A stretch of 64,000 nt of DNA from Alkalispirochaeta sp. (GCA_965242725.1 CBDESZ010000018.1:32001-96000), one strand, 5' to 3'; positions 45,062 through 58,410 are shown, counted from the first letter of the stretch. The notes: generated by a model not told the origin, from the letters alone. A program made the numbers and translations.

Positions 45062-46945
45062 TCACTCCCGCCCGTTGATGATCTCCTCCATCCGGGACCG
45101 ATCGATTTCCTCCTCCTCGAGGAGCGCCTCCGCCAGCGACTGCAGTGCATCCGCATTCTCCCGGAGGAGTTCCTGGGCACGTTGATAGGCGTTTTTCAGG
45201 ATGTCGTGGATCTCCTCGTCGATGCGCCGGGCGCTGTCGTCACTGTAGTCGTTCTGTCGGCCGATGTCGTTCCCGAGGAAGACCTCCCGCGCGTCCGAGG
45301 CAAAGGCGGTGTTCCGAAAGACGTCGCCCATGCCCCATTCGGTAACCATCCGGCGTGCAAGCTTGTGCGCTTCCTTCAGGTCGTTTTCCGCACCGCTGGT
45401 GACGACGCCGAATATCTCTTCCTCGGCGGCGCGACCACCCATGAGTACGACCAGACGATCCCTGATGTAGTCCTCCCGGAGGAGATACATATCTCCCTCA
45501 GGCATCTGCTGGGTAACCCCCATCGCGCGCTCGTGGGGGATGATCGTAATCCGATGGACCGGCTCCGCCGTAGGTAGTCGTGCCGCGGTGACGGCGTGAC
45601 CCGCCTCATGGTATGCGACGGTCTTGCGCTCATCCTCACTCATAACGACGCCGCTGCGCTTCAGGCCGAGGACAACCCTGTCACGGGCGGTGAGGAGATC
45701 CCGCTGGGTGATCGCCTTTCTTTCGTCCCTTACAACCTGAATTGCCGCTTCGTTGACGAGGTTGGCGAGGTCGGCCCCGCTGAAGCCGGGGGTCGTCCGG
45801 GCAAGGGCGGACAGGTCGACGTCCTCCCCGGTGGGACGCTTCTTTGTATGTATCTGGAGTATCTTCTCCCGGTCTCCCATGGCGGGGGCGGGAACGGTCA
45901 CTCGGCGGTCGAAACGCCCCGGACGGAGCAGTGCGGGATCGAGGACATCGGGCCGGTTGGTGGCGGCGAGGACGATGACGCTTTCGTGTTTTTCAAAACC
46001 ATCCATCTCTGCGAGCATTTGGTTCAGCGTCTGTTCCCGTTCATCATGGCCACCGCCCAGTCCGGCGCCGCGCTGTCGCCCGATGGAATCGAGTTCATCA
46101 ATGAAAATGATCGCCGGGCCGTTGTCGCGGGCGTCCTTGAACAGGTTGCGAACCCGTGATGCGCCGACGCCGACAAACATTTCAATGAAATCGGAGCCGG
46201 AAATCGAATAGAAGGGCACGTCGGCCTCTCCCGCGACGGCGCGGGCGAGGAGCGTCTTGCCGCTTCCCGGCGGTCCGACAAGGAGCACCCCGTGAGGGAT
46301 CTCGGCGCCCACCTCGGAGTAGCGTTCGGCCTTTTTCAGGAAATCCACGATTTCCACAAGCTCGTCCTTGGCGGAATCCGCGCCGGCCACGTCGGAAAAA
46401 TGCACGCTGCTTGAGTCTTTCTGGTACTTCTTTGCCTTGTTGTTTCCCATGGAGAACATCCCGCCGCCGAATCCGCCTCCCTGTTGTCGCGTCGCACGAT
46501 TGAAGCGTACGAAGAGATAAATAAGGAGGACGAAGGGGAGAATATTCAGGACCATCACCCAACCGGAATTGTCGCGGGTGGGCAGGGTGGTTACCGACAC
46601 GTCGGTCCTGCTCAACCGGTCAAGATAGGCACCGTCCACCGTTGCGGGAAGGTAGGTGATGAACTCAGTGACCTGATGGGTTACATTCCGCTGATCGGTG
46701 AATTCAGTTTGCCGTCGAAAGGTCCCGGTGACCTCTTCCTCCTGGATGACGACGGACTGCACGTTACCGTCGTCCAGCTGTCGCACAAAAAAGGAGTAGG
46801 GAACGGCCGTCTGCGATGTCGTTGCAAAGCGTCCGGTAATCCAGGGAAGGAGAAACAGCAGAGGCAACAAAACGAACAATGCGCTTCGTTTTCGAAAATC
46901 CGGCCCGAAAGGACTCTGCTGTTTCGGTTTTTTTTGTTCTGCCAT
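45062..46945 (-). CDS. ftsH: ATP-dependent zinc metalloprotease FtsH
   Basis: Two TMs, [38 protein letters not shown]. Confidence 0.95.
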   Translation of the reverse strand: MAEQKKPKQQSPFGPDFRKRSALFVLLPLLFLLPWITGRFATTSQTAVPYSFFVRQLDDGNVQSVVIQEEEVTGTFRRQTEFTDQRNVTHQVTEFITYLPATVDGAYLDRLSRTDVSVTTLPTRDNSGWVMVLNILPFVLLIYLFVRFNRATRQQGGGFGGGMFSMGNNKAKKYQKDSSSVHFSDVAGADSAKDELVEIVDFLKKAERYSEVGAEIPHGVLLVGPPGSGKTLLARAVAGEADVPFYSISGSDFIEMFVGVGASRVRNLFKDARDNGPAIIFIDELDSIGRQRGAGLGGGHDEREQTLNQMLAEMDGFEKHESVIVLAATNRPDVLDPALLRPGRFDRRVTVPAPAMGDREKILQIHTKKRPTGEDVDLSALARTTPGFSGADLANLVNEAAIQVVRDERKAITQRDLLTARDRVVLGLKRSGVVMSEDERKTVAYHEAGHAVTAARLPTAEPVHRITIIPHERAMGVTQQMPEGDMYLLREDYIRDRLVVLMGGRAAEEEIFGVVTSGAENDLKEAHKLARRMVTEWGMGDVFRNTAFASDAREVFLGNDIGRQNDYSDDSARRIDEEIHDILKNAYQRAQELLRENADALQSLAEALLEEEEIDRSRMEEIINGRE

Positions 46946-47031
46946 ATCCGGAAAGTAACAAACCTGGATGGTTATGGCTATGAGATGACGGAAGAGTAAG
47001 TTAATGGTACTTTAATGAAAGGGAGTAAAAA

Positions 47032-47571
47032 ATGATCGTCTTTACTACAAACAAACCATTATTGACCGTTAGCGGTGTCGTGGCCATTGGAATCGGTGCC
47101 GCCGCGCTCATCTGGCCCTCCATTACGGCACGGGTTTTTGCCTTCCTTGTGGGTGCGTTTTTTCTTGTCGAGGCGCTCCTCGACTTTTTCTCTCGTGACA
47201 GGGGCGGGCTCTATACGTGGACGGCCGTCGCCCAGGGCGCCGTCGGACTCATCGTCGCCCTCATGCTTGTCCTGATGCCCGGTGCGGCGTTGCGTATCGT
47301 TGTACTCCTTATCGCTATCTGGCTCCTCGTACGGGGAGGGCTTCAACTGTATGTCGCGTTTCAGAACAGGGATTTTGCAGGATTTCCCCTTTTCTCGGGG
47401 ATGACGGGAGGAATTTCAGCGATCGTCGGGCTTCTTCTCTTCTTTCGTCCCGAGGCGGGCATTGTTGCATTCTCCTGGCTTGTCGGAATATACGCCGTTC
47501 TTACCGGTGTCCTTGCCCTCCTGTGGGCCCGCCGCCTTGACGATCAAAGCGGGAGCTACCGCGGAGGGTGA
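47032..47571 (+). CDS. HdeD/DUF308 family membrane protein
   Basis: Repeated G...I..G.....P TM hairpins. Confidence 0.8.
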   Translation: MIVFTTNKPLLTVSGVVAIGIGAAALIWPSITARVFAFLVGAFFLVEALLDFFSRDRGGLYTWTAVAQGAVGLIVALMLVLMPGAALRIVVLLIAIWLLVRGGLQLYVAFQNRDFAGFPLFSGMTGGISAIVGLLLFFRPEAGIVAFSWLVGIYAVLTGVLALLWARRLDDQSGSYRGG

Positions 47572-48398
47572 CGTCCGATTACTCTGAACCATTGAAATCA
47601 GCGGTGATACCTCTGGACCTCCACGAGCCGGAGGAACGGATTCGTGGCGTTCTGACGCTCATGGAACGTCTGGGTCTTCAAACCTTTCGCCTTCTTCACG
47701 TCGCGTCGTCGGCCGGCGCGGGCAGACGGGGAGCACCCCGTCTCGAGGAGCTCGTGAAGGGGCTGCAGGAAGAGATTTCGGTCTCCTCCCAGATTTTGAC
47801 GGGTTCACCGCCGGTGGAGATTCTTCAGGGCGCCGCAGCCTGGAACGCGGATCTTATCGCCATTCCATGGAAGCACAAGAACTGGTTGCAGCGGAGTCTT
47901 GTCGGCAGTGTAACCCGGGATATCCTGAGAATGAATGATCGAAGCACCCTCGTCTTCCGGCCTTCCGGCGGAAGATCAGGTGCTCCCCTGCACGTCGTTT
48001 TTGCCACCGACTTTCACCGCATTGACGATGTGGTCACGCCGGTGTTTGCCCGGTCCGGTCTCTCCATTGGGAAGCTTCATATCTTCCATGCCGGTGAACG
48101 CGCGCCCGATCCGAAGGCGGAGGAAGAGCGACGTCATTCCGTTACGTCCCGCCTCAACGATATCGCCGGGACCATACGGGATGCGTACCGGGCGGCTGCG
48201 CCCCTGGATATCGAAGTGGTCGACCATGTGGGGAGTCCGCGAAGGGAAGTGGTGAAATTCGTATCCACCGTCACCCCCGATCTCGTCATCGTTGGAAAGG
48301 GAAGACGTGAGAAGAGGTCGTCTATTCTCGGATCAGTTGCGGAAGAGATCGCATATCGTGCGTCATCCTCGGTTCTGATCATTCCTCCGGGAGCGTAG
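47568..48398 (+). CDS. Universal stress protein (tandem USP domains)
   Basis: Two GSP...I and LVGSV/LGSVAE motifs. Confidence 0.85.
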   Translation: MTSDYSEPLKSAVIPLDLHEPEERIRGVLTLMERLGLQTFRLLHVASSAGAGRRGAPRLEELVKGLQEEISVSSQILTGSPPVEILQGAAAWNADLIAIPWKHKNWLQRSLVGSVTRDILRMNDRSTLVFRPSGGRSGAPLHVVFATDFHRIDDVVTPVFARSGLSIGKLHIFHAGERAPDPKAEEERRHSVTSRLNDIAGTIRDAYRAAAPLDIEVVDHVGSPRREVVKFVSTVTPDLVIVGKGRREKRSSILGSVAEEIAYRASSSVLIIPPGA

Positions 48399-48402
48399 CA
48401 TT

Positions 48403-49896
48403 GTGAAGCGACCAAAGACGGTACTGATACCGTCTCTTATTATCGTACTTGCCGTCGTCATCGCCGGAGCCGCCGCACCGGTCGCGCTGGACGATGTAAC
48501 CAAGTCTATTCACACCGCCATTCTTGCCAATTTCGGATGGGGATACCTCATCGCGATCTTCCTTTTTCTGGTCTTTGTGGTCTATCTCGCCCTCAGTCCC
48601 CTGGGAAAGCTTCGGTTGGGAAAGGACTGGGAAAAGCCGCAGTACAGTTATCTCGGCTGGTTCAGTATGCTCTTTGCCGCCGGCATGGGGATTGGTCTCG
48701 TCTTCTGGGGGGTGGCGGAGCCGCTCCACCATTTCGGACGGCCGCCGGGGTACCTTGAAGGGGGAAGCGGAGACGCCGCCCACTTTGCAATGGTGCGCAG
48801 TTTCTTTCACTGGGGTATTCATCCCTGGGCCGTATACATCCTTATGGCTCTTTCAATCGCGTATTTTTCGTTCCGTCGGGGTATGGCGCCCCTTATTTCA
48901 AGCGTGTTTTTTCCGCTGATCGGGGATGCCGTGAATCGATGGCCCGGTCGTGTTATCGATACGACCGCAGTCTTTGCGACTGTATTTGGTGTGGCCACCT
49001 CCCTCGGCCTCGGCGCGTTGCAAATACGTGGAGGTCTTGTTGCGGCTTTCGGTATTCCCGACACCCTCAACTCGGCGCTCGTTATCATCGCGGTGGTCAC
49101 CGTTTTGTACCTCATCTCCAGTCTGACCGGTCTGGACAAAGGTATCCGCATTCTGAGCAGCGCGAATGTCATGGTAACGCTGTTGCTCATGACGGTGGTG
49201 CTCGTCCTCGGCCCCACCTCCTATATTTTCAATGTCTTTGTAAGCACCCTCGGCTCGTATGTGTCGGACCTTGTCGATCTGAGCCTTTCCACAAATCCCT
49301 TTCGCGGATTTCAGTGGACCCAGGACTGGACGCTCTTTTACTGGGCGTGGTGGATCAGCTGGTCCCCCTTCGTCGGACTCTTCATCGCCAGCATTTCCCG
49401 GGGGCGCACGATTCGGGAGTTTGTATTCGGTGCGCTCCTCGTCCCTACGCTGTTAACGTTTTTCTGGTTTGCCGTTTTTGGCGGTACTGCACTGCATATC
49501 GAACTGTACGGCAGCGGCGGTCTCGGGGAGATCGCCGTTGAAAACGTTTCGTCGGCGCTATTTGTGCTTCTCCGGCGGTTACCGGCGACGATGGTGCTCA
49601 CGCTCCTGGCGCTCGTTGTCCTCTCGATTTTTTTCATTACGTCCGCCGATTCCGCGACGTATGTGCTCGCGATGATGACCAGTGGGGGAACTCTGCGCCC
49701 GGCGTCGTCGCGCAAGATCATCTGGGGGGTGATTCAATCGGGCGCGGCGGTGGTACTTCTCGTTTCGGGGGGACTGGAAGCGTTGCAGCGTATGGCGATC
49801 ATCGCCGCGCTTCCCTTTGCAGTGATCATGCTTTTCATGATGCACAGTCTGCACAAGGCGCTGAGATACGAGCGGGATCACGAATTCCCGGAGTGA
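48403..49896 (+). CDS. BCCT family betaine/choline/carnitine transporter
   Basis: [56 protein letters not shown]. Confidence 0.93.
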   Translation: MKRPKTVLIPSLIIVLAVVIAGAAAPVALDDVTKSIHTAILANFGWGYLIAIFLFLVFVVYLALSPLGKLRLGKDWEKPQYSYLGWFSMLFAAGMGIGLVFWGVAEPLHHFGRPPGYLEGGSGDAAHFAMVRSFFHWGIHPWAVYILMALSIAYFSFRRGMAPLISSVFFPLIGDAVNRWPGRVIDTTAVFATVFGVATSLGLGALQIRGGLVAAFGIPDTLNSALVIIAVVTVLYLISSLTGLDKGIRILSSANVMVTLLLMTVVLVLGPTSYIFNVFVSTLGSYVSDLVDLSLSTNPFRGFQWTQDWTLFYWAWWISWSPFVGLFIASISRGRTIREFVFGALLVPTLLTFFWFAVFGGTALHIELYGSGGLGEIAVENVSSALFVLLRRLPATMVLTLLALVVLSIFFITSADSATYVLAMMTSGGTLRPASSRKIIWGVIQSGAAVVLLVSGGLEALQRMAIIAALPFAVIMLFMMHSLHKALRYERDHEFPE

Positions 49897-49943
49897 TACG
49901 ACTTTTCTTTACAGGAACGGAAGGGGGCGTTACAACTGTTTGT

Positions 49944-51692
49944 ATGGGTCTCTACAAAGAGTTGAAACGCTGGCGTACGGAAACGGTTGAGCCCGTTCTG
50001 CGCACACATCCGGAGCGACGAAACGGTGATTTTCGTACGGCATCCGGAATTTCCGTGCGTCCCCTCTATACACCCCTTGACCTCCAGTCACCGGCAACGG
50101 ACTTCGGTTCCGTCGGAGACGGCACCTCATCGGCGGCACGACTTTCCGATTCCTCCGAAGGGGACGCGAACGAGAAATGGTATATCTCCCGCCTCGGATT
50201 TCCCGGGAAGCCTCCCTTTACACGGGGCGTTCAGCCTACCATGTATCGCGGCCGCTATTGGACGATGCGCCAATATGCGGGATTTGCCACGGCAAAAGAG
50301 TCGAATGAACGGTACCGCTATCTCCTCGATCAGGGGCAGACGGGGCTTTCCGTCGCCTTTGACCTTCCTACCCAGATCGGTCTGGACTCGGATCATCCCC
50401 TTTCCTTCGGGGAGGTGGGAAAGGTCGGCGTTGCCATCGATTCTCTTGCGGACATGGAAGTGCTCTTTGACCGCATACCCCTGCAGGACGTGTCGACGTC
50501 GATGACGATCAACGCTCCCGCGGCGATTCTTCTTGCAATGTATCTTGCGGTAGCTGAAAAACAGGGCGTTGCCCGGGCCGACCTTCGCGGCACGATTCAA
50601 AACGACATTCTCAAGGAGTATATCGCCCGGGGAACCTATATCTTCCCCCCCAAGCCTTCGATGCGCCTCATCACGGAGACATTTCGTTTCTGCACTGAAG
50701 AAATGCCGAAATGGAATTCAATAAGCATCTCCGGATACCATATCAGGGAAGCCGGTGCGACGGCGGTACAGGAGATCGCCTTCACCCTGGCCGATGCAAT
50801 CGCCTACGCCGATGCAGCCGTCGACGCGGGTCTCGATATCGACGCATTTGCCGGGCGGCTCTCATTCTTTTTCAGCGCCGGGAGCGACTTTTTTGAGGAA
50901 GTTGCAAAATTCCGTGCCGTCAGGAGAATGTGGGCTCGCATTCTCAAGGAACGGTACAGATGCGGATCGCCGCGGTCCCAGGCGATGCGTTTTCATACCC
51001 AGACGTCGGGGGCGATGCTCACCGCCGCCCAGCCGGAGAATAATGTTGTACGCGTCGCCCTCCACGCCCTCGCCGCCGTACTCGGGGGAACCCAAAGCCT
51101 GCACACAAACTCACGGGACGAGGCGTATGCACTCCCGACGGAGGAATCGGTACGCATTGCCCTCAGGACGCAGCAGATCATCGCCCTGGAGAGCGGTGTC
51201 GCCGACACGATCGATCCCCTGGGGGGATCCTATTTTGTGGAATCCCTCACGAATGAGGTGGAAGATCGGGCATGGGATTATTTAAAGCGTATCGATGAGC
51301 GGGGCGGTATGGTTCAGGCGATCGAAGAGGGAATCATCCAGAATGAAATCGAAGATGCCGCCTATCGATGGCAGAAGGAGGTCGAGGAGGCCAGTCGCCG
51401 GATAGTCGGCGTAAACTGCCACGAGCAGGACGAGTCGTCCCGTCTCGAGACGATGCGCCACGATCCGGCCGTACACGATGCACAGGTAGCACGGCTTCGC
51501 CGGGTGAGGAAGGAACGGTTGTCGTCACAGGTTGAAGGTGCGTTACGACGACTTGAGCGGGCTGCCCGCGATCCGGGAATCGCTCTCATGGAGCCGATCC
51601 TCGAATCAGTTCGGGCATATGCGACGCTTGGAGAAATCTGCGGCGTCTTCAGAACGGTCTACGGCGAATATGATCAGCGGATTACGTTGTGA
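49944..51692 (+). CDS. Methylmalonyl-CoA mutase, substrate-binding (large) subunit
   Basis: [14 protein letters not shown] (Tyr specificity residue), [27 protein letters not shown]. Confidence 0.92.
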   Translation: MGLYKELKRWRTETVEPVLRTHPERRNGDFRTASGISVRPLYTPLDLQSPATDFGSVGDGTSSAARLSDSSEGDANEKWYISRLGFPGKPPFTRGVQPTMYRGRYWTMRQYAGFATAKESNERYRYLLDQGQTGLSVAFDLPTQIGLDSDHPLSFGEVGKVGVAIDSLADMEVLFDRIPLQDVSTSMTINAPAAILLAMYLAVAEKQGVARADLRGTIQNDILKEYIARGTYIFPPKPSMRLITETFRFCTEEMPKWNSISISGYHIREAGATAVQEIAFTLADAIAYADAAVDAGLDIDAFAGRLSFFFSAGSDFFEEVAKFRAVRRMWARILKERYRCGSPRSQAMRFHTQTSGAMLTAAQPENNVVRVALHALAAVLGGTQSLHTNSRDEAYALPTEESVRIALRTQQIIALESGVADTIDPLGGSYFVESLTNEVEDRAWDYLKRIDERGGMVQAIEEGIIQNEIEDAAYRWQKEVEEASRRIVGVNCHEQDESSRLETMRHDPAVHDAQVARLRRVRKERLSSQVEGALRRLERAARDPGIALMEPILESVRAYATLGEICGVFRTVYGEYDQRITL

Positions 51693-51715
51693 GTGAATCA
51701 GGAGGAGTGGAAGGC

Positions 51716-52123
51716 ATGGATACAACTGCGCGGATCCTCATCGCGAAGCCCGGTCTGGACGGTCACGATCGGGGGGCCAAGTATATCGCCCGTGCACTCA
51801 GGGACGCAGGGTACGAGGTGATTTATACGGGTATCCGTCAAACCCCCGAGGCGATTGTGACGACGGCTATTCAGGAAGACGTACAGTTTATCGGGCTGAG
51901 TCTCCTCTCGGGGGCGCACATGGAACTTTTACCCCGGGTCACCCAACTGTTACGGCGGGAAGGGGCGGATGATATCGTCGTCTTTGCAGGCGGAATCATT
52001 CCCGATGAGGATATCCAGCCGTTGAAAGATGCGGGAATTCAGGAGATCTTCCCACCGGGAACACCCATACAGGGAGTGATCGATTTTATTGAAGGAAGGC
52101 GTCAATCCCGGTGGACCGGTTGA
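51716..52123 (+). CDS. Methylmalonyl-CoA mutase cobalamin-binding subunit
   Basis: [25 protein letters not shown]. Confidence 0.92.
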   Translation: MDTTARILIAKPGLDGHDRGAKYIARALRDAGYEVIYTGIRQTPEAIVTTAIQEDVQFIGLSLLSGAHMELLPRVTQLLRREGADDIVVFAGGIIPDEDIQPLKDAGIQEIFPPGTPIQGVIDFIEGRRQSRWTG

Positions 52124-53094
52124 ATCGCCTCATTACGGAGCTGCGCGCCGGACGTCCCCGCGCGATCGCCCGGGCAATATCACTGATCGAGTCTCACCAC
52201 GAACAGAGGGACGAACTGATGCGGCGCATACATTCCCGGAACAGGTCCGACGCCGACGGGGACTATGACGGAAAACCGTGGGTCATTGGCGTCACCGGCC
52301 CCCCGGGGGCGGGGAAAAGTACGCTTCTCAATCGCCTCATTACCGCATCACGCGCCGAGGGCAAACGTGTCGCCGCCCTCGCCGTCGACCCGTCGTCACC
52401 GCTGACCGGTGGCGCACTTCTGGGAGATCGCATACGCATGGGAAGCCACAGCGGGGACCGGGAAGTCTACATCCGCTCCATGGCGTCCCGCGGTTACATC
52501 GGCGGCCTCTCCGCTGCCGTTATCGACGGGGTACGCATACTCGCCGCAGCGGGATTTGACGAAATATTCATCGAATCCGTGGGAGTGGGTCAGTCGGAAG
52601 TTGGGATCCTTTCCGCCGCGGATGTGGTGCTCCTGGTTCTCACGCCGGGTTCAGGTGACGAGGTGCAGGCGCTGAAGGCGGGTGTCCTCGAAATCGGTGA
52701 TCTATACGTCGTCAATAAGGCGGATCAGCCGGGAACGGACCTTCTGGAACGGGAACTCCAGTACGTCTGCAATAACTCACGGTGCAGCGACGTCACACCG
52801 GTTACGGCACGGACGATCGCGATCACCGGGGCGGGGGTAGACGATCTGTATGCCGCCGTTCTGGCGCAGATCGATGCCTTGAAGGAGACGGGAGAAATTG
52901 CCGCCCGCCGGCAGGCGCGTACGAGGGACGCCGTGATCGATGTTGCCGTCGATTCCCTGCGCCGCTGGCTCAGTCAGCGGTCGACACCGGGAGGATTCGA
53001 CAATGTACCGATGCATGCGTTGCGAAGGGGCATAACGGATGTCCTGGATAAGCTCGAATCTGAGTATGGAGAGAAACATGATAGAGTCGATTGA
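52111..53094 (+). CDS. meaB: MeaB/ArgK GTPase chaperone of the mutase
   Basis: [41 protein letters not shown]. Confidence 0.92.
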   Translation: MDRLNRLITELRAGRPRAIARAISLIESHHEQRDELMRRIHSRNRSDADGDYDGKPWVIGVTGPPGAGKSTLLNRLITASRAEGKRVAALAVDPSSPLTGGALLGDRIRMGSHSGDREVYIRSMASRGYIGGLSAAVIDGVRILAAAGFDEIFIESVGVGQSEVGILSAADVVLLVLTPGSGDEVQALKAGVLEIGDLYVVNKADQPGTDLLERELQYVCNNSRCSDVTPVTARTIAITGAGVDDLYAAVLAQIDALKETGEIAARRQARTRDAVIDVAVDSLRRWLSQRSTPGGFDNVPMHALRRGITDVLDKLESEYGEKHDRVD

Positions 53095-53503
53095 TCACAT
53101 TGGTATCGCCGTACGGTCTTTGGATGAGAGCATTCCCTTTTACCGAGACATACTGAAGTTGGGAGAACCTGCAGTGGAATACGTTCCGGAGCAGAAGGTT
53201 CGGGTAGCCGTCTTTCCCGTCGGTGATGACCCCGGCGCGGGACGTATAGAACTGCTGGAAGGGGTCGGGCCGGAGAGCCCGATATCCCGATATATCGAAA
53301 AGCGGGGAACGGGAATTCATCACGTTGCCCTGCGCAGCGGCGATCTCCAAACGGATATTGCCGCAATTTCCTGCGCCGGGTTGCCCATGATCGATGAAGT
53401 TCCCCGAACGGGCGCCGGGGGAGCGGAAATTGCCTTTGTCCATCCTTCCGCGGCGGCGGGAGTGCTCATAGAACTATGTAGCCCCGCCGCCGGCGTGAAA
53501 TAG
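53078..53503 (+). CDS. mce: Methylmalonyl-CoA epimerase
   Basis: [27 protein letters not shown]...GVLIEL. Confidence 0.92.
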   Translation: MIESIDHIGIAVRSLDESIPFYRDILKLGEPAVEYVPEQKVRVAVFPVGDDPGAGRIELLEGVGPESPISRYIEKRGTGIHHVALRSGDLQTDIAAISCAGLPMIDEVPRTGAGGAEIAFVHPSAAAGVLIELCSPAAGVK

Positions 53504-53518
53504 GATGTGTATATTTTC

Positions 53519-53552
53519 TCGAAATTCATGCAGACACTTGTATATTTATGCG
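53519..53552 (+). promoter_or_regulatory. Possible tandem ARG boxes upstream of carA
   Basis: TGTATATTTATGCG 53539-53552 and weaker TCGAAATTCATGCA 53519-53532. Confidence 0.4.
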
Positions 53553-53586
53553 GTTTTCATGCACCATGGGCGACCAGGGAGGTGCT

Positions 53587-54831
53587 GTGGAGTACTGTGT
53601 ACTTGTACTCGCCGACGGCCGGACTTTTCAGGGCCGATCCTTTGGCGCGAGAGCTCAAACGGTAGATGAGATACTGCACGCGGTGCGGGACGCCGAGTGC
53701 GGTGAAAGGGAACCGGTCCTCGCCAGTATCGGTGAGGTCGTCTTCAACACCGCTATGTCAGGGTATGTTGAGGTCCTGACCGATCCCTCCTATACGGGAC
53801 AGATTGTCGCGATGACCTATCCCCATATGGGAAACTACGGAGTCTCATACGAGTGGGCCGAATCTGCGGGCTCCATGACGCCTGCCGCGTTTGTGACGAG
53901 AACCCTCTACGATGGCCCCGTACCGACGGGGCGGCTCTCCCTTGATGATGCGTTACGTGAGGCCGGGATACCGGGTATCACCGATGTGGATACACGGACG
54001 CTGACCCGTCTCATTCGCAATGAAGGAAGTCAGAACGGCGTTATCTGCCGTCCCGAGGGAGACTCAGCGTCGCTTTCAGAAGATGAAACGATCCGAATGG
54101 GCGAGATGCTGCGGTCCTTTCCCGCCATGGAAGGACGGGGGCTCATCGACTTCGTGGGGTCCACGGAACGGCAGGAACTGCCGCCCGTGTCCGTTCCCCC
54201 GGGAAATGTTTCCGGCGGTGACGTCGGAAGTTCGCCCCATCTCGTGCTGTATGACTGCGGAACGAAGACAAACATCATCCGTGAACTCCACGCCCTCGGG
54301 TGCCGTCTGACCCTTTTGCCCTCCAGGGCGACGGCGGCGGAGATCAGGGAGGTCGGCGCCGACGGCGTGCTCATCTCAAATGGTCCCGGCGATCCCGCCG
54401 TCCTGAAGCATCAGGTGGAGCAGACGCGCCAACTCATCGGAGAAATGCCGGTTCTGGGCATATGTCTCGGCCATCAGATCATCGCGGAAGCGGTAGGCGC
54501 CCGGACGGAGAAGATGAAGTTTGGCCACCACGGGGTCAACCATCCGGTGAGGGACTCCGAAACGGGACGCGTCTTTGTGACGAGCCAGAATCACGGCTTT
54601 ACGGTGGACGAAAAGACCCTTCCCGAAGGCGTGTCGGTCTGGTTCCGGAACGCTAACGACGGCACTGTCGAAGGGCTGTGGGACCGGGAACGGTCAATCA
54701 GAACAACCCAGTTTCACCCGGAAAGTGCGCCGGGTCCCACCGACAGCCGTTGGATATTCAGCGCCTTCCTTCAGACGGTTTCGGACTCCCCGGGACGCTC
54801 GCGTTCGATCTTGAAAAAAAAGGATAGATAA
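53587..54831 (+). CDS. carA: Carbamoyl-phosphate synthase small subunit
   Basis: GEVVFNT, TDPSY, SNGPGDP, GICLGHQ, SQNHG, QFHPE. Confidence 0.95.
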   Translation: MEYCVLVLADGRTFQGRSFGARAQTVDEILHAVRDAECGEREPVLASIGEVVFNTAMSGYVEVLTDPSYTGQIVAMTYPHMGNYGVSYEWAESAGSMTPAAFVTRTLYDGPVPTGRLSLDDALREAGIPGITDVDTRTLTRLIRNEGSQNGVICRPEGDSASLSEDETIRMGEMLRSFPAMEGRGLIDFVGSTERQELPPVSVPPGNVSGGDVGSSPHLVLYDCGTKTNIIRELHALGCRLTLLPSRATAAEIREVGADGVLISNGPGDPAVLKHQVEQTRQLIGEMPVLGICLGHQIIAEAVGARTEKMKFGHHGVNHPVRDSETGRVFVTSQNHGFTVDEKTLPEGVSVWFRNANDGTVEGLWDRERSIRTTQFHPESAPGPTDSRWIFSAFLQTVSDSPGRSRSILKKKDR

Positions 54832-54833
54832 CA

Positions 54834-57800
54834 ATGCCGAAGCGAAATGATATCTCGTCGATTCTTCTCGTTGGGAGCGGTCCAATCGTGATCGGCCAGG
54901 CGTGTGAGTTTGACTATTCCGGAAATCAGGCGGTCAAGGCGTTGAAGGAAGAGGGGTACCGGGTCATTCTGGTGAACCCGAACCCCGCGACCGTCATGAC
55001 CACGCCGGGAACGGCGGACGCCATCTACATGGATCCCCTCGAGGTGGAATATGTAGAAAAAATCATACAACATGAGAAACCCGATGCGATACTGGCGACC
55101 ATGGGCGGGCAGACGGCGCTCAACCTCGCGATGGATCTGGCGGCGGCCGGTGTTTTTGAACGTCACGGCGTGGAGGTTATCGGTGCCTCCATTGAATCGA
55201 TACGGCTCGCCGAAGATCGCGGCGCCTTCAAGGAGCTGGTAGCCGACCTTGGTCTGGAAAGCCCCCGTTCCGCCCTCGTTACCAACGTGGAGGAGGCGAT
55301 GGCGGTGCGGGAGGAGTTTGGCCTTCCTCTTATCATCCGGCCCAGCTACACCCTCGGCGGCAAGGGCGGGAGTATCGCCTACACCGACGGTGAAGCCAGG
55401 GACGCCATCGTACGGGCGCTGACGGAGAGTCCCGTCCATACCGCCCTCATCGAGGAAAGCCTCATCGGATGGCAGGAGTTTGAGCTGGAGGTGATGCGGG
55501 ACAGCGCGGATAATGCGGTGGTTGTCTGTTCCATAGAGAACGTCGATCCCATGGGCATTCATACCGGCGACAGCATCACCGTTGCACCGGCGCAGACGCT
55601 TACCGACCGGGAGTATCAGCGCATGCGAAGCGCCTCCATCGATATTCTTCGCGGCGTCGGCGTAGACTGCGGCGGTTCCAACGTCCAGTTTGCCTTTAAC
55701 CCCGCCGACGGCCGGCTCATCGTCATTGAAATGAATCCCCGGGTGAGCCGCAGTTCCGCCCTGGCCAGCAAGGCGACGGGTTTCCCCATCGCCCGAATTT
55801 CGGCGCGCCTCGCCGTGGGCTACACCCTCGACGAGGTGGTGAACGACATTACCGGAAAGACCGTCTCCAGCTTTGAGCCCGCACTCGATTACGTGGCGGT
55901 GAAGGTTCCCCGCTTTGAGCTGGAAAAGTTTCCCGCAGGCTACGCCTCCCTGGGAACGCAAATGAAGTCGGTGGGGGAGTCCCTCGCCCTGGGACGCACC
56001 TTTCTTGAGGCGCTGAACAAGGCGATTCGCGCCGCCGAGTACGGGTACGACGGGTTGGAGGAGGTGGAGCCACCGAAGTCGCCACCGGTGGCGACGGAAG
56101 GGCGGGAAAGTCCGGGTACGCAAGGACCACCATCGGGCGACGAAGAGACGCTGTGGAAGATGGTAAACTCCCTCCATCCCCGCCGTATCTTTGCCGCGTA
56201 TTCGCTGATCCGGTCAGCGGTGCATGGTGAAGCTGTTGCCGACGGGAAGGGCAACGACGCCGACGGACGCGGTGCCGGTCATACCGGTATAGACACCAAA
56301 GTCGGTGTGCCCGGCACCGGCGGAGATCCTTCCGGCGCAGCCGGAACCGAAGGGGGGCTTCCTGTGGAGGTTCTCCGCCGTATCGGGGCGGGAAGCGGGT
56401 ACCATCCGTGGTTTCTCCATGAGCTGTCCCGTCTTGCCCGACTTGAAGAGGCGCTCTACGCGGCGGGAACCAAAGGGACATCAGGAAAAGGGACGGGAAG
56501 AGATGGGATCGCCGCGGTACTTCCGGCACACCTGCTTGCGGAAGCGAAACGGGCGGGACTTACCGACCGCCGAATCGCCCGGCTGGTGAACGGCGCAGTC
56601 GCGGCGGCGGACCAAAACGACGCGCCGCCGTTCAACGGTGCAATGGTGAAAAGCCGCCGTCGTGAACTGGGCATTCTGCCGGCCTACCATTTTGTCGATA
56701 CCTGTGCCGGCGAGTTTGAGGCCGAAACGCCCTATTTCTATTCGTCCTGGGGCGAAGAGGACGAAGGTGAACCCGCCGGAGAGGCGGGTGTTCTCATCGT
56801 CGGTTCCGGTCCCAATCGCATCGGCCAGGGGTTGGAGTTTGATACGTGCTGCACCCTCTCGTCGCTGGCCTTTCGTCGGGCGGGACGCATGACGGTCATG
56901 GTCAACTCCAATCCTGAAACGGTCTCCACCGACTTCAACATATCCGACCGCCTCTACATTGAACCTCTCACCGCGGAGGACGTCATTCATATAATGGAAA
57001 AGGAGGAGCTTCGGGATGTGGTCGTCCAGCTGGGAGGACAGACGCCCCTGAATATGGCGGCCGAACTTGAGACAGCGGGTGCGCGTATTGTGGGAACACC
57101 GTTGTCGGGTATTCTCGATGCGGAGGATCGGGAAAAGTTTTCCGGTCTCGTCGGGCAACTCGGCCTGAGGCAGCCGCAGAATCGCATGGCAGCCACCGTC
57201 GGGGAGGTGCGTCGGGCCGCCGAGGAGATCGGATACCCCGTCCTGCTGCGCCCGTCATTTGTCCTCGGCGGCCGCAGCATGACCGTGGCGTTTCAGCGGG
57301 ATGAACTGGACGCGTTTCTCGCGGCGGCTCCTGTGCTCTCGCCGGAACGGCCCATACTTGTCGACCAGTTTCTGGACGATGCGTTTGAATACGACGTGGA
57401 TGCGGTGAGCGACGGAGAACACGTCTATATCGGCGGGATCATGCAGCATATAGAGGCCGCGGGTGTCCATTCAGGCGACTCCGCGTGTGTCTTCCCGCCG
57501 TACAAGAGCGACGCCACGATTGAAGAAGAAATGGTAGCGGCGACGGCGAAAGTAGCCAGGGCGATCGGTGTGAAAGGTTTTTTGAATATCCAGTTCGCCG
57601 TTCGGTCGGGAAAGCTCTACATACTGGAGGTCAATCCCCGGGCGAGCCGTACCGTCCCTTTCGTTTCCAAGGCGTCCGGAGTGGATCTCGTCGCCGCCGC
57701 GGTCGGCGTATGGATGGGCCGGTCCCTGGTGGAACAGGGCCTTGTCGCCCGGGGAGACTTCGGCAGTGATGACCCGGTCGGTGTCGGTACCTGCGTCACC

Positions 57801-58346
57801 GGGTGGGCGGTCAAGGAGGCGATGTTCAGCTTTGATCGATTTTTCGGTCACGATCCCCTTCTGGGGCCGGAGATGCGCTCTACCGGAGAGGCGATCGGAA
57901 TCGGTGCGGACTTCGGCGAAGCATTTGCCAAGGCTACGATTGCAACGGGGACAACACTGCCTCGTCATGGGCGCGTCTTCGTTGCCGTCAATGACAACGA
58001 CAAGGCGACAATTCTTCCCATTGTACAGGAGCTTGTTCAAATGGGATTTACCGTGTGCGCAACGCGGGGGACGGCGGCGTTTCTCTTTGAACACGGCATC
58101 ATGGCGGAGGTGATCCTCAAGGTCCATGAAGGCCATCCGGACATTACCGATCACATCCGGTCCGGTAGAATTGACATGATGATCAACACGCCCCTTGGAC
58201 GCTTTACCCATCGCGACGACGGATATGTCCGCATCGAGGCGTTGCGCCATCGCATCCCCTATACGACGACAACCTCCGCCGCGTGGGCAGCTGTGGAAGC
58301 GATTCGCCATTTGCGGCGGGATGAAATCGTGCCGCGCCGACTGTAG
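54834..58346 (+). CDS. carB: Carbamoyl-phosphate synthase large subunit (with low-complexity insertions)
   Basis: [56 protein letters not shown] domain. Confidence 0.96.
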   Translation: MPKRNDISSILLVGSGPIVIGQACEFDYSGNQAVKALKEEGYRVILVNPNPATVMTTPGTADAIYMDPLEVEYVEKIIQHEKPDAILATMGGQTALNLAMDLAAAGVFERHGVEVIGASIESIRLAEDRGAFKELVADLGLESPRSALVTNVEEAMAVREEFGLPLIIRPSYTLGGKGGSIAYTDGEARDAIVRALTESPVHTALIEESLIGWQEFELEVMRDSADNAVVVCSIENVDPMGIHTGDSITVAPAQTLTDREYQRMRSASIDILRGVGVDCGGSNVQFAFNPADGRLIVIEMNPRVSRSSALASKATGFPIARISARLAVGYTLDEVVNDITGKTVSSFEPALDYVAVKVPRFELEKFPAGYASLGTQMKSVGESLALGRTFLEALNKAIRAAEYGYDGLEEVEPPKSPPVATEGRESPGTQGPPSGDEETLWKMVNSLHPRRIFAAYSLIRSAVHGEAVADGKGNDADGRGAGHTGIDTKVGVPGTGGDPSGAAGTEGGLPVEVLRRIGAGSGYHPWFLHELSRLARLEEALYAAGTKGTSGKGTGRDGIAAVLPAHLLAEAKRAGLTDRRIARLVNGAVAAADQNDAPPFNGAMVKSRRRELGILPAYHFVDTCAGEFEAETPYFYSSWGEEDEGEPAGEAGVLIVGSGPNRIGQGLEFDTCCTLSSLAFRRAGRMTVMVNSNPETVSTDFNISDRLYIEPLTAEDVIHIMEKEELRDVVVQLGGQTPLNMAAELETAGARIVGTPLSGILDAEDREKFSGLVGQLGLRQPQNRMAATVGEVRRAAEEIGYPVLLRPSFVLGGRSMTVAFQRDELDAFLAAAPVLSPERPILVDQFLDDAFEYDVDAVSDGEHVYIGGIMQHIEAAGVHSGDSACVFPPYKSDATIEEEMVAATAKVARAIGVKGFLNIQFAVRSGKLYILEVNPRASRTVPFVSKASGVDLVAAAVGVWMGRSLVEQGLVARGDFGSDDPVGVGTCVTGWAVKEAMFSFDRFFGHDPLLGPEMRSTGEAIGIGADFGEAFAKATIATGTTLPRHGRVFVAVNDNDKATILPIVQELVQMGFTVCATRGTAAFLFEHGIMAEVILKVHEGHPDITDHIRSGRIDMMINTPLGRFTHRDDGYVRIEALRHRIPYTTTTSAAWAAVEAIRHLRRDEIVPRRL

Positions 58347-58410
58347 CGCGTCAGGATGCGTCTGCTCGGGGACTTTTTTGATATTGAACGCGAGGCGTCA
58401 CATCGCGGCG

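Noticed and set aside
54771..56177. 468-aa minus-strand ORF
   Set aside because: Antisense shadow of carB
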